Origin: Chrysomallon squamiferum
Taxonomy: Eukaryota; Animalia; Mollusca
Direction: 5' to 3'
Assembly: GCA_012295275.1 (NCBI GenBank)
Contig: CM022671.1
Location: 1,240,001-1,304,000 of the forward strand
DNA: 64,000 bases
Shown: positions 13,763 to 27,749 of the stretch, in pieces
Layout: each line of letters opens with the position of its first letter
How positions within the stretch are numbered: position 1 is the stretch's first letter
Program-made: the position numbers and the translations under genes
The notes under the pieces: model-generated
Seen by the model: the letters and a program-made list of their open reading frames with translations, nothing else
Databases searched by the model: none
What the model was told of the DNA's origin: nothing

Positions 13763-16700
13763 TATGTATATGTACACACACATGCATACACATGTTTATA
13801 TTTTTAACAGTTTACTCATTAAAACAAAAAGCACAACTCTTCAACAGACAAACGGTAATTAATGGTTTGGAGCTTTATCTGAATAACTAACATATACTAA
13901 TTCTGCTTTCTCTTCATGCTGCAATATCTTCTTTTTCTTCTGCTGCTTTCACTAGGACCCTGACATTGCTCCACCTCCCCCCGAGAAACAGAGAACTGGC
14001 ACCCACTGGTCTGTTCCTTACACAAGACACTCTGCCCCTCCTATTCCCTCCCGTCCCTTTTCAGGCGTAGTTTCTGCGGAGATGCTGGTGCAGGTTTGTG
14101 GTGTTGTCTGAGACCAGGTTAACACTGGAAGATGTCAGGCAGTTTCACAGTATTTAGTCACACGTGAAGCGTTTTCTAAAATAAATCTAAATTTTGCTTA
14201 AGAAAACTGTTAAACAGTTACAGATATTTTCACCATTTGTAACAGGTAATGAAAATTGAAAGTACGCCTTTATTAATTAGAATATAAATAATTAGAAAAT
14301 ACAAAATTGTAAAAAATAAATTGAAAGATGTAAATATTAATAAAATAAATAAATAAATAAATAAATAATTTTTTTAAATATATATATATATAAAAAATAT
14401 TTGTAGACATAATTAAGTAGACCAGTTACAAATGTTTAGCTACAAGTATTTTGTAATTTGACAAGAAATACTTTCTAGCTCTTGGAAAACAAAATTATAA
14501 AATATTTACCTCAAATACATTTATTAAAACACAGTAAAATACATTTTTTCATTAGCATCCACACCTTAATAAATAATTTGCTTAAAGTTTAATTTACAAA
14601 CTGAAATGCTGATTAATTATTGCTGAAAGAGACTGTTTCACCTCTTCACTGAGTTACCTGCTTTGTTTTGCTGTGTTTAACAGCTGTGGTTTGTGTTTAA
14701 AAGTTGTATTGTTTGGCATTTTTTAATGATTGTTGTAAAACTTTTAAAACTTGTGTTATTAGTCTTCTTTTTAATTTTTTCATAAAATGGTTTGTATTTG
14801 TTGGCATTTTGTAGCTGTTTATTATTTTTTTAGGAATTTTTAAATTATAATATTTATTTGTTTGTTTATGTTTAACAGTTGGCATCAAAAACAGTGTTTG
14901 TCTATGTTAATATACAGATAAATACTGTGTTAGTGTGTACACAGTCCCCCCACCCACATACATATTCTGTATATACAGATGTCGTTTAGACTAAATACTG
15001 TTTAAAAAGAAGAGTGCAAGTTTATTTAAAACTAATTTCCTTGTTGACAACTTTTTTAAAATCCATTTAGAAATGTCTGATCCCTTAATTCTGAATGTAT
15101 ACTGAGCAGCTTTGAAAACATCCAGTTAAAAATATATCAGTCTTATCTGTATCAGTTTGTCTGTTTTTCTGTCAGCACTTTCTGTGATTCTGTGTACTGT
15201 GCCACCTGTCTTCTGTTTCTGTCAAATGTTTTTATTTATGTTTAACTGTCTTTCTGTAGTTGTTTGTTTTTACTGTGCTTTAAAATGTGTATCTCACATT
15301 TCACACACACACACACACAATATTTCAAAACAAATTTGAAAGTATCTATTTTTCATTTCATGAGAAAAGTTCACTTTTCTGTACTTTTCTTAAAAGATTA
15401 TTGTAAAACTTGATTTATTTTGAGTCAGATAAACAGGAGGCTAGACTGAATGTGAATTGTTGATTTTAATATTTGGTGTTGTAGTGATTTATACTTCACA
15501 GTTAATCTGTTTGTCATAAAGCCCTTCATAAATAATCAAATGTTCAATACACACATGCACACACACAAAGATGTATGTAAATGACAGAAATGAACTATTT
15601 ATTTCAGATGAACAATGATTTAAGGAACTCTCAAGCCTCTACTGCCAGTGAAACTGCTCTAAACCAGATGCCAGTGAAGACAACAGGTAAGAATCTGTCA
15701 CATACAAGTTGTTACTAAACACACACACACACACACATGACATACTTTCATACATAGATTCCCATGATATCCTGTAATAATTATGATGTTTTTCTGATGA
15801 TGCAGTCTGTTGTGTTGACTCACAGGGATTTTTTTGTTTTATGTTGATAAGGCAGACTGAAAAAGGGGAACAGTTCATATGTGACAAACCAAAAAAAATA
15901 TTTTGGAATTTGTCTTCCTTTCATAAAGTATGTTGTTACTGCAGTAAAACACCACCACTGATGTTTTTTATCTTGCTCATTAGGTAACAACAGGATTTGT
16001 GTATAATGATGGACACAGTGATGCAGTAGGTTTACCAGTGTTTTATATTTTATTTATATAGGGAAAGAAAGGTAAAGAACAGAGAAAAAGACAGTTAAAC
16101 ATTTTGTTATTTTTGCATCTTGTTTCAGGCTTGTCAAGCTCTGTGTCCAGCAGTCACATTGATACTGCTGGCAGGCATCCACATGCTTTACACCGGTTTA
16201 CATCAGTTCCTGACACAGTGAGGAGTCCTGCTCCTAACAGCCAGGCTCCTCCACTGCCTAGGAGAAAAGGTTCAGGTATGATACAGAAATATGCTCTTTT
16301 TATTTACAGGTGGTCTTTGTCAGCAGGTAAAATATTTAACACAGAACAAGATTTGTGAGATCTATTTTGCACGTGAATAATTAGCTTAAGTATTCCTAAG
16401 GTATTCCTAAATACCTGTGTTTAAGGATAAAAGTTTTTATATTTTTGGATTGCTGTCTTATAATTCATTTAATTAATTATGAAAGAAAATCATATTCAGG
16501 TTATAAAAAGGAGAAAATATACTGATACAAAGTTAGGATTTGGTTGTCATCAATTGTGCAGAAAGGAAAAAGAAATGATTTAAAGTCTTTAGCAGTCCAG
16601 TTATTAGTAGAATTCTTTGTATATCTGTATTTTCAGAAATGAACAGAGTAGATTTACTCAAACATAAATTTTGTTATTAATGAAATAAAAGCATTGTGGC

Positions 16701-19700
16701 TGACATTTGTAAAATTTTAAAAAAATACAACAACCCCATCTGCCAAATTTAAAAAAAATAATAATAAATTACAACATTATTATTTATCATAAGAAATAAT
16801 TATCAGATAATGTGATTTGTAATTACTATGTAATATTAACAGTAATTAATAGATCACCAAACAATGTTATAAAAGATGTTATACAAGGTCTTGTTGCTTT
16901 TGGTGCTGCTTATCCCACAATGCATTGTTTTTTCAGTTCTTTAGTCTGTATTGTAGGATTGTCATGTTGTACTTTCTCGCCTGAACATACAAAACATTGC
17001 TGCTGAAAAACAAAACTGAACAAAGAAACATCCTTTAAAACTGTGTATATTTCTCAGTTTTCTCTTCTGCTTTCACAATTCCTTTTTCACTTTCTCTGTC
17101 TCTCTGTCTCTTGTTTTCTTTTTCTTTACCTCTCTGTATCCCTTGAATACACAAACTCAGCATGCACGATACATTTGAATAATAAAAATAAAGCTACAGC
17201 TTCTGAATGCTTTATTTTCACTTGCTGAATATCTGCTATAGGCAGTCCTAAGCTGTTTCACACTTTCTTTTTGAGTAACACAGTTAAAGAAAAGTTTAAA
17301 GATAATGGAGATTTATGGATACACAACCAGTTCTTGTACTAGTTATGTATAAAATAAGTGTCATGCTTGTTTTCATCATGCAGATGATATCCAGAATCAT
17401 TCAGAGAAATAGCCAGTTTGGGATATAGTCATATTAGGAATCAACCGTATGTCCAAATGTAATATTTCCCTTTAACAGAAACAAAATAATTAAATTTGAG
17501 TCAACTTACTGTATTATAAATATAATGAATTTAATAATGCTAAATAAGGAACAATTTATTTTCTAAACACTACAGTCAAATAAACCAAAATTTACCTCAA
17601 AATTTAATAATGACTATATTTCCACATATAAAGACTACTTAGTTTTAAAAATAGTGTTCTCTTATTATACATTGCTTTCCTTTTCACTTATCTTTGGTGT
17701 TATGAACAAATTGTCTCGAGTGTTATTTTTGCAAGTGATTGTATTACTGAGTATCCGATCCAGTCTGTGAGTTTTAGTACAGCTCATCTGAGTACTCTTT
17801 TCTAGCTTATGTTATTTGTTTAAATAAAACTTGTCCTATTAATATTTTTATATCAAGAATACAATACATTAAATAAGTGACAGGAAGGACTTCTTTGCAG
17901 GCTTCTCACATCACTGTTTTACTTTATTATCACAAAAGACTGGTCTTGAAGAATTTATAAAACAGTTGCTTGAAAACAGATTAGAATATATCAGTAGAAT
18001 TTAAGCCATTTGTTCCTGCTGCTAAAGATGTACATTAAAACACTTAAATAAAGTGTGTGTTCACTGATGTTTGTATACACTGCTGTTCTCTTGTTCCGAC
18101 ACTTAGCTCCAACAAGCAAGCAGAACCCAGTCTGTAAGTTCTCTTTACACAGTCAAAACTTCATTGTCTCTCGAGTAATTTCTCAAAGAAAACACCTACA
18201 CTCCTGTCTGCTAACTGTCCTGCCTACCTGGCTCTCTCCCTTCATTCAACCTACTCAAACACCCAGATACCTTCCTAGGTACATATCCATCAACGTGTGT
18301 ATAGTGTAGTTTTTTTTTTTTAAAGATAAATATATTGAGACCAGTTTATTCTAGTATGTCCAAAATTGATTTTGCATCAGTATTAAAAGAAAGAAATAAT
18401 AGTTTAATTAAAGGAACAAAGAGAGGAGAAAGAAGAAAAGATGAATGAACTGAGAAAGAGCTAAAATGAGAGAGAGGTCTGCAGTGAAAAAGTTTTGAAA
18501 TCTTTTAAAATTTACCATAAATAAATAAATAAATATTGTATTATATTCTGTCTACATATTTTATAGAACTGAGTTAAAATCATTTTTAAATATTCATTTT
18601 TGAAATCTACTCCTTTGTACTTAACTTTATTACAGAAAAAAAAAATCCAACTGCTTATATTTTACCTAGCCTAACAGAAAAAACAAAACAAATATAACTT
18701 TGACAAAATTATTCACAGAGATAATGAAATTTGACTGTTTTCAGTTACTGTTTCTGTTCCTTCTTTTTTTAACAAAGGTTTAATGGGTGCAGTTTCTTTT
18801 ACAGTTTAATATCTAAATGCCAGCCCCAAATTGCTACAATACCAGCTTAACATTATTTTCACAGTCATTTTACAAAATTTATTTTATGACTTTATATTTT
18901 TGTTATGACAGAAGAAAATGAATGTAATAAAGGTTATAAAATAATTATCATCATAACAATAACAAAATATAAAGAGATGCTAAGAACAGACTGCATTACA
19001 CAGTAATTAAGATTTTTTGGGGAGTAACAGATAAAATAATTTATTCTGTTTCAGAATACCATCTGATTCCATAAACATTTAAAAACAAACATTATAAATA
19101 ATTTAAATGACGTATATCACAATATAATGTTTTCTATAACATAAAAAAAATCAGAGTTCATTACAAGATAATTACAAGCTAGTTTAGTGGTGACAATGTT
19201 ACTGTAGTTTCTGGTAGAGTGTAGAAACTGGTGTTGGAGTCTTTCAAACATGGGTCAGTGGTTACACTTGTTTCAGATACTAACCAATCAAAGGCCAGCC
19301 CACCACCACTACCTCCTCGGTACAGCGAAGCAGGTACAGCAGCACTGACATCACCACTGCTTAACTCCTTGGCTTCGTTTTAGCTTTCTGCTTCTTTTTC
19401 ATTTTTCAGTTTTGTTTGCTGTTTGATAGACTGAGCAGCCTATGTTAGAAATGTTTGAAATGAGACTCTATGTCTGTTAATGTGAACATTTTTTATATAT
19501 ATTTGATGAAACAGTTGTACGAAGCCTTTTTTCTGATCTTCTTTTTTTAATTGATTTGTAAGAACTTTAAAAAAAAAAAGTTGCAGAGGAGGTGAATTTG
19601 GTGAAAGGTGTGAGAAGTTGAGATGAACATATCTTACATAGGAGAACTCTCAGTCTAACCCTGGCATGCTTCAGTCTTGTGCACAGCGACTTACTTTGCT

Positions 19701-22206
19701 TCTGCTTCACAAATATCATTATTTATAGATCAAGAAGAAATCTTTTTGCCTGTAAACTAAATCAGATAAAATAAATCTTTAAAAAAATAAAATAAAAATT
19801 ACACAAATTTTTTTTTATTATTTTTTTTTTTTTTTATTCTGTATTATTATTATTATTATAATGATTGATATTCATTTTTGGAATTTATTATTATTAATAT
19901 CTGTTTCGTGTGTGCTATTTTATTGTTTTTAGCATGCGCTGTTTAATGTTGTGGAGAATTATTGACTTTATTAGACATAACATTTCAGTATAACCAGATC
20001 TCTGTATGGCTGGAATGTGCATGTTATAAACTGTTGGTTATGGTGTTGGTTTTTTAAAACTTGTTAAACATTAACAGAATACTGACTGTATATTCTAAAC
20101 TTCTGGTGATGATTAAGAGGTGTTATGGGATTGTTTTGTTTTTTTCTTGTTTTTGTTTAGTTTGTTTTGTTAACTGATTAATATTTGTACTTAGTGGTTT
20201 TAAGCAGTAGAAATGCTATGCATATGTTAGTGTGATGATTATAATTATTTACATATTAAACAAAAAATATATAAATAATTGAAAGTTTATTTCATTGGAA
20301 AATTGTTACAAAAATAGCCTACCACACTAAAATTATTTGGTATTCTGGAATTGTGGAATGCAAAATAAATAAAAATAAATAAATATATCAATAAATGTTG
20401 ATAAGATTGCTTTTATTCACAGAATATTCACTGAATGTATCTCAGAAACTATGGGTGAACATACTCAATGTGTTCTGTGAACAAAACATTTGTATTATTA
20501 TTTCTATTATTTTGCCTGTGATTCCAGCCTCACTATTTTACTTATTTGGTAGTGGCATATAGGAAAATTTTCAGTTTTGAATGTTCATAATTTTTCAACT
20601 TAAAAACTGTTTGGAGTAACATGAGTGACCAACCACATGAGAAGCCATTCTGACAAGTGTTTTGAAGATTGTAATTATGAAACTGAAAAAATTAATAAAT
20701 AAAATCAGAATCATTCCTCTAATAATTGTACATTTAGCTCATCATACTGGCAGTTCTTTGTATAAAGTAAGGCAGTTTGTATCAGAAAGATTTATAAGTG
20801 AATAAATATATATATATATATATATATATAAAACAATTTTCTACATTTTAACAGTCTGGCATGTTAATACATGTTCCAAGATACCTGGAGTTCCTGTTTT
20901 CTGCACCAACACTTAATATATTTAAAATATAAAATAAAGAATGAAAACTAAGGAAAGATTTTGTATTTAAAAAGTTTGTAATATTCTAAAGCCCATTGTG
21001 GCCTTGTAGTTGTGGTTTTCTGAAAGAAAATGATGTTAAACAGAAAACTTGAGTGAGATTTTTAACCTTTCGGACATTATGTACTTTTCCATGTGGTGGT
21101 TCACAGAATGTCTCAAATATACTTGTCATTAGATGGTAGTTTAGATACATCTAGTGCATTGCATTATTGTATGTTAATTATACATTTATAGCAGATTAAC
21201 AAACTGTTACCAAAACTTAAAAGTAAATATGACACTTACATTTATTATGATGCTGATTTAATTTTTTAACATTAAATTTTTTTCAGATTTATATTACATT
21301 TTTTTAAATTATATTTAATAAGCCAGTACAATGCAATAAATAAAAATAAATAAATAAATAAATAAATACAAATTAAAAAAACAACAACAAAAAAACATTT
21401 TAGGTATTAAAGTCTGCAAGAATAAAATTTCAGTTTTCAAAAATAACTGAAGTTTAATTTTCTAAATCTTAATGTTTTAAATATTTATGTGGCTTTTTTT
21501 CCAGTTCCATCAGTGATGTTTTCTCACACTGACCCAGCCTTCTCATCACGACAACACAGAGTAAGACTGACTTGTTTGTGTGTTAACAGTTTCTGTGTAC
21601 TTCAAATAACTGAAATTATCACCATAACTCATTTTAAATAGAGATTTCAGTGACACTTACATTCAGAACATGCTTAAAAATGGTTTAAATCCAAATTCTG
21701 AATCTTTTACGTTTTATCTTTTGCTCAATCGTCTTTCTTGGCTTTTCTTTTTCTCTAGAGTTTGCTACTCTCATGTTAATTCCTTTCAATGAAAGTGATT
21801 GGTTGGTATGCTACATGTTGCTGTTATCTGATTACAGAAATCTCTCTCTGCTGTTGAAGAAAACAGCCACGGAGACCAGGAAAGAGCAGCAAACAGGGAA
21901 CCAGTTGCAAACGACACCCCCCCGCTCCCACCACGAGTGTCGCCCCGCCCAGACATTCCTCCACACCCTGCAGTCAAAATGTTGTCAAAAACTTTACACG
22001 TGTCAACTGGGCAGGCCTCCAGCACACCTCCTCCAATTCCTAAACGTCTGAGTGTGGCTCCTAAACCAGACTTCAGGAGCCCAACCTCACCTAGCAGCGA
22101 GTCAAAACCCAGCCCCACGTCACCTGCTGGAGACTCCAGAAATAACTCAAAATCATCACTGAACGGTTCTAAGCAGAGCCCAACTTCGAGTTACACCCAG
22201 ATGTGA
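4040..22206 (+). CDS. DOCK3/4: DOCK-B family (DOCK3/DOCK4/sponge-like) Rac GEF, 3' portion: DHR-2 domain plus proline-rich tail; the 5' part lies upstream of the window
   Basis: GT-AG exons: 4040-4138, 6773-6833, 7189-7431, 7740-7826, 9096-9206, 9416-9554, 10044-10210, 10930-11193, 11656-11744, 12007-12126, 12385-12485, 12948-13020, 13956-14093, 15608-15686, 16129-16275, 18107-18133, 19277-19333, 21505-21560, 21838-22206 (TGA). Phases are compatible except exon 11656-11744, which has 5 extra nt. DHR-2 motifs: LLDYR, YIRYINKL, EAGLTLQLYA, YFRVVYYGKSFP, FIYRG, LWLERT, LPGILRW, and GVISAAVNGG (DOCK3/4 type GVIDAAVNGG rather than DOCK1/2/5 GIVDPAVMGG). Tail has PPLPRR/PPLPPR/PPIPKR SH3 ligands and ends TQM (class I PDZ-like). 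Tail exons are less certain than DHR-2 exons. Confidence 0.92.
7858..8056. mobile_element. possible Tigger/pogo-like MITE remnant
   Basis: Weak inverted ends (AAGTACCAGA...TTTGGTACCT). Internal TTCCAGATTTCTGGA / TCCAGAAAATCTGGAA inverted repeat. CACTTCCAGTCCCAA resembles, from memory, Tigger-derived MITE ends. Confidence 0.35.
8222..8302. repeat. compound (TA)n(CA)n(GA)n microsatellite
   Basis: Directly visible. Confidence 0.95.
9555..10043 (+). other. U12-type (minor spliceosome) GT-AG intron in DOCK
   Basis: 5' splice site GTATCTTTT (consensus RTATCCTTT). Branch-like TTCTTTAAC at 10027-10035 lies ~10 nt before AG 10042-10043, with no polypyrimidine tract. The join restores conserved DAQ-YIQLCSVKP. 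Confidence 0.75.
9675..9856. mobile_element. hAT (Charlie-like) MITE
   Basis: Imperfect TIRs CAGAGATTTTCAAACT (9675) and AATTTGAAAACCTCTT (9841-9856), 13/16 match. Flanked by 8-bp direct repeat GTTTAGAC (9667-9674 and 9857-9864), close to the Charlie NTCTAGAN target preference. Confidence 0.7.
11178..11507 (+). repeat. 48-bp minisatellite (~7 copies) containing the exon end and 5' splice site
   Basis: Unit ACCAAAGTACCAGGAG|GTGAGCTAGTTAAATTCTCGTATAGACACTTC starts at 11178, 11226, 11274, 11322, 11370, 11418, 11466. Confidence 0.95.
11807..12043 (+). repeat. 79-bp tandem triplication containing a 3' splice site and exon start
   Basis: TTGACAG|ATTCGACTGTTAGA(T/G)CAAGGCTTAGAGATTCATGGAC occurs three times; candidate exon starts at 11849, 11928, 12007. 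Confidence 0.95.
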
Positions 22207-24457
22207 CGAGTGATTGTCTTATAAACTGACTACTGTGTTATCACCATTCCAACTTCTCTCTTTGTTTTTGCAAAAGAAACGTTTAAAAAAATAAAAAATA
22301 AAAAGTAAAAAATCCTGTATAAAAGAACTTTAAAATTTTTATATTTTGTATTATTATTATTTGTTAAAGAAAGCAAAAAAGAGCTAACAGTAAGTCGCAA
22401 TACAAAAACCAAACCATTTAAATTAACCAATGAAAAATCTTTACATGGCCACAGAATTTCATCAACATTTCACATTAATAAATAATGCTAACAATAAAAA
22501 CTGTTCACTAAGTAAACAATAATCATCATAAAAAAAGTTCATATTTTCAGCTGTGTTAATTTTCAACATAAACTATCTTACTGATAATGATACATTTTGT
22601 TTTTAAACTAAGTGAATTGTTTGTGTAATTAATACGATGTGTTAATCAAATGTGTTGATCAGTTTATAATGTTACATGAACTGTGAGCATTCTCAGTTTT
22701 GTCAAATCAACTATATCAACAGAAAATGTTAGTCATTATATCAACAACAACAAAAAAGTTAATACAGAAGTGAAAAGTATTCAAAAAAAGTGCTGAGAAA
22801 CTAATATCTAGTTCATAAACTGTTGCAAAAAAACCACACTAATGTTGGTTTTCTGAATTTTGTTAATTTCATGTGTTTTAATATTTATGTTCCTGTTGCC
22901 AAGTACATTTTGCATGCAGGTTTTAGTTGAAATATCTTTTTATTTAATTAAGGATGTTGATGATATAATAATTATTATTATTATTAGTATGAAATTCATT
23001 AAAAACAGTTTTAAGATCTGTTGATTTGTGTGTTAGAGAAGTGTGCTTGTATACATTTGTGTGTCTGCATGCCTGAACAAAGTTCTGTTTACATGGGTAC
23101 CCTGTATTGTAATTTAATATTAATGTTTTACTTTATATTTTTATTTTGTTTGTAAATTTTCAAACTGAAGATGTGAAACCAGTGACTAATATTACAATAC
23201 TATTTGTTTATGCTATGCAAAAAAAAAAAAAAAAAATGTGTTCTATATCTGATCAGTTCTCATTCTGATCTTAATCAATATTTTTAATTGTTTTCTTGAA
23301 ATGTACATTATTTATTTGCAATAAAACCATAATTGTATATATGTTATTTATATAAAAATTAAGAAATTGTACAGATCTAAAAAAAATGTACTTCTCAGTG
23401 CATTAATAAGTGATATTGAAATGTAATTTTGGAAAGTGTTTCATTGTTTTAGCATAATACTTTCTTTTTCTTTTTGCTACTCAAAATATTTTAGAATATT
23501 TCTTTCAATTGTGCTTATTATAATCAATCATCAACTTATTAAATAAATAAATACCCAAACCATTGTTTCATGAAATGGCAGTAATTCAGCAACATATATT
23601 AAAAAATGAAATTTATTCTCATTTCCAATTAAAAACTAAATTTAAAAAAATAAAAATACTTTTTATTGTTGTTATTAAATTAATAAAATGAACCAAATTA
23701 GTCTTCCATCAAATAAATTAGCATTTATAACTCTTGTTTTAAAAACATTTAAGTATTGTTTTCATCAGAACTTTCTATATAAGAATTGTTAAAAAGCTAA
23801 TTTTTGGCAAAACAATTTATTGCTTGTTTTGCTATTTTCTGCAGCCCCCCACAAAAAAAAAAAAATAAAAAATGTATTTCTTAACTTACAACAGTATTTC
23901 CACACTTAAATACATTTGTTCAGTTTAGAATAATCAAAAATATGCAGATTTTCAGTGCTGTATTTTATTAAAAAGTTATATAAATAACCTTGTACTAACC
24001 TGAACAAATATTCAAGAAAATAATATAAAAATAAATATGTAAATAAAAAATTAATTTTGAAAAAATAACAACAATATTAATAATATTTTTAATATCAAGA
24101 ATTGGTAATTAAAACCTGAAACTTGGTATTCATCTCACTAAGTGTATTTCACACAAAGTCAGATGAACTGTGTAAAATCTTTTGTTGTATTTGTTATGTT
24201 GTTCTGTTAAACTAGTTAAGTGTTATGGACATGTTAACTTACTGAAATGATAGATGACAGTGTTTTATTTTTTGCTTTTTGCTAACTTACTTGTTATCTT
24301 TTTTCTGTTTCCATTAAAGGTTAGTTTTTTGCTGTTTTTTTCATGGAAGTTTTAAACAGGTTTAATAAAACATTTTTCAAAATATTGGTTTTGATAAATC
24401 TGTAATGTTTTCTTGGTTTCAAAATTTTTTTTTTTTTTTTTTAATTTCATACATAGG

Positions 24458-24504
<47 letters not shown>

Positions 24505-25074
24505 TATCTTTACTTAAAGGCATTGCAAGTGCTTTAAGAAAAAATGTCTTTTTAAGAATGAATAACATCTCTATCACATGATTCTGGTAACTACATTTAA
24601 CTGTCAAGAATTTGTTATTACTGATTATTTGAAGCTTGTTTAATGGTTCTTGCTCTGTTTGAATATTTTGTATTTTGTTTGTTGTTTTAAAGCTAGAATT
24701 ATAAATTTTGTTATCTCTTCTGACTAAAATGGATATATTTACAATGGCTGCATCAACATTTATTAAAACAAATTTGTTTCCACAGCATAATAATATACAA
24801 ACATGAAATGTGAGTAAACAGCATTGTTACAGTGACATCCTGATGCTTTTACTTGTTACTGCTACTGCTTCTTCTTTTTATTAGTATTAGTATATGAAAA
24901 AGTGAAAATAGAATAATTTATCATTCACACACACCCATAAACTATATAGATATATTATTAAAGGTGCATTGATTGTTATTAGGGTATTACGTTTTTTGAT
25001 TTTGTGTTATTTGATATCTAAAGAGTAAGTATTAAAATTTTAAATAAGTTTAAAAGAGATAGTGTATTTGCCTT

Positions 25075-25270
25075 TGTGTGTGTGTGTGTGTGTGTATGGA
25101 TACATATACATATATCTCTGTGTGTGTGTATGGATACATATACATATATCTCTGTGTGTGTGTATGGATACATATACATATATCTCTGTGTGTGTGTATG
25201 GATACATATACATATATCTCTGTGTGTGTGTGGATACATATACATATATCTCTGTGTGTGTGTGTGTGTG
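25075..25270. repeat. ~34-bp minisatellite (5 copies) embedded in (TG)n
   Basis: TATGGATACATATACATATATCTC(TG)n repeated at about 25095, 25129, 25163, 25197, 25229. Confidence 0.9.
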
Positions 25271-27055
25271 TTAGAGATTTAAATAAAATATACCTGAAGC
25301 CAAGGCAATTTGCAGTATCTTAATCTAATAGAACGTCTAGAAATTTTAAAATCTTCTTTTTGCATTTAGAAAATAGGATCTTAATTGTAGGCACTATACA
25401 AACATCTAAAAATAGTTCTTAGAATGGGGAAAAATATTTTACTTTTGTTCTCGGTTTCTTAAAGATCACAAATATTGTTATCAAAATGAACAAAGTTAAT
25501 TGGAGATTACTTTAACCATTTTAATTAGTTTGTCATATATCATTCTATAAATTTATACCATGCTTTCTAAAATATGCAAATTTATTTATATTTTTGTTGG
25601 TAATTTTTGTCGTTATATATTAGCAATAATAATTAATTTGATGCTTGTATCATTAATTGTATGCAAAATTTAATATGCAGAAGAAATCATTTGTTCTCAC
25701 AGTCTCTTCATGTTTTTATAGTTATTAATTGAGATTTGTAAATTCTAATTTCTAAAGTAAATAATTGCTTTATTTGCACAGCATTAATGGCTCTTATTTA
25801 TTACCTTTCAGTTTAGAATTTTAGCTAATATATAACCACTTAATAATTTTTAATAATAAATTGTGATACATACATATATGATACGAACAAAAGGTTTTTC
25901 TTAGGTTCTACATTAGACTGTGGGATAAAATAATTTATAATAATATCCTATGGTGGTTTAGCAATACTTGTGTTCATTTTGAAGCAATTGTTTTCTGACT
26001 AATTGCACACAGTCATTGCTAATAATAAAGTTTATATAAAAACAGTAAAATAACAATTTTATCTTTTTGGTACACTCATGGCATCTTATCTATGCATAAA
26101 TGTGAAAAATATCTCATGAACTTAGTGAAATTTAGATTAATTTACAATGTAAGTTATTTGAGTAAAATCTTGGCTGTATTTTTGTTTCTCTACCTCTTTT
26201 TTTCTAGAATAAATAATATTTTGTTTTAGTATTAACTTACACAAATTGAATTACTTGAAAGTGTAAAATATAAGCATCAGAACAAAAAATATTAATAATT
26301 ATTCACCATTATTTTAAAATATAATGAGTGGAATGGCTCATTTGAAGTTAACAGTGTTCATTTTATTTAGAAAATGTTCAATTCAGCATAATTCATTTAA
26401 TTATTATTAAACTTTTTATTTATTTTCTTTTTACAAAATTCTGTATAGTTTATTTACATAAACTCATTAATGATGTATTTCTCTTATAATGGAAATATTG
26501 TTAAATACTGAGTTAAAAGTTCAGATTTTCAAAGTGGATTTTTTCAGTTTATTTTTGTTTCACTTTGTTGATTTACATAAAATAAAGCAAATTATTACAG
26601 ATTTATTTGTTTTTGTTTTCATTCTTGTCACTTATTTTAAAGATATAAATTCTTGTTTTTCAAAAAATGTGAACATTTATTGTACTTGAACCAGTTTTGA
26701 TGAGATGTAACAGTTAATTCTAAATTTACCAATAACTCCTGCTAAAAACAAAACTGAAAAACCACACTCCAAATAATTCAACCACTCCAATTAAGTTACA
26801 TTTAATCAGTCTGAATAGATTTTATGCCCAGATTATTTTGTATGTCACACATTGCCAACCTTTGCTAATAATTAAATAGGCTTTAGGAGAAACATATACC
26901 CCTGATAGTTATTTTATTGCTAGTTATTAGTAGAAAATAATGAAAAAAAAAATATTTTAAATATGTACAAAATATTTAGGTTGTTTTTTCTTAGCACAGA
27001 AAATCTGTTTTAAAATATTTTAGAATGAATTTTTCTTCCAACAACAACCATTATA

Positions 27056-27350
27056 CAAGTTAAAATATCCAATTATAAGTGATGTTTTAACAATGATGAA
27101 GTTCAGTAACTTGGCAGGCATCCAAGTTAAAATACCCAATTATACATTCAGTTTATAGTGTGACAGGCTAACTCTTTTCATCAGTGACCAGTTCAGTGAA
27201 TTGCTCATTATACCATGACATTCCCCCTGAATTAAAATGTCCAGTTATAGGTCCTGTTTATACTGACCTACCAATGCTTTCAATAATGACTATCTCAGTG
27301 AATCATTCATTATGCAAGCACATTCCCTGAATTAGAATATCAAATTATGG
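27056..27350. repeat. degenerate tandem repeat
   Basis: Recurrent AA(G)TTAAAATAYCCAATTATA and TCAGTGAAT...CATTCCCTG blocks spaced about 65-110 bp apart. Confidence 0.5.
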
Positions 27351-27749
27351 ATTCTTTTTACAGTGACATATGATATTGTATCTAAAAAGGTTTTAATGTT
27401 GCTGTGTGTTTGTGAATTTCACTGTAAACAGAACTACAGCTATGAAGATACTAACAAGAACTACATACATATTCCTTTATTTTTAAATAACTTTATTTTT
27501 GTGTAATAAAATAATAATTTTATACAATAAATTATGTAAAATATTTTAAAATATAAGGATTACTATTATTAATTTTATTTTTTTGTAAAAGATAAAACAT
27601 GAAAAAACAGTCAAATATTATATTTTTCAGTATTAAAATTTATGATTATAATTTTTATTTTCATTTTTTATTATTATTTTTTTTTTTTTTGTAAATTTAT
27701 AAAAAAATATATTTAAAAACAAACATATTCCAAAGTTTCTCTCCATGAA

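Noticed and set aside
15994-16029. Possible 36-nt phase 1-1 microexon (GFVYNDGHSDAV)
   Set aside because: Weak acceptor and donor; unsupported without transcripts.
17384-17446. Candidate DOCK exon (CATGCAG|ATG...CC|GTATGT)
   Set aside because: Stops in all three frames; cannot be a coding cassette, though a poison exon is not excluded.
25018-25323. Cluster of Cys/Val/His/Thr-rich ORFs, also 4747-5067, 30659-30976, 35422-35706
   Set aside because: Translations of micro- and minisatellites.
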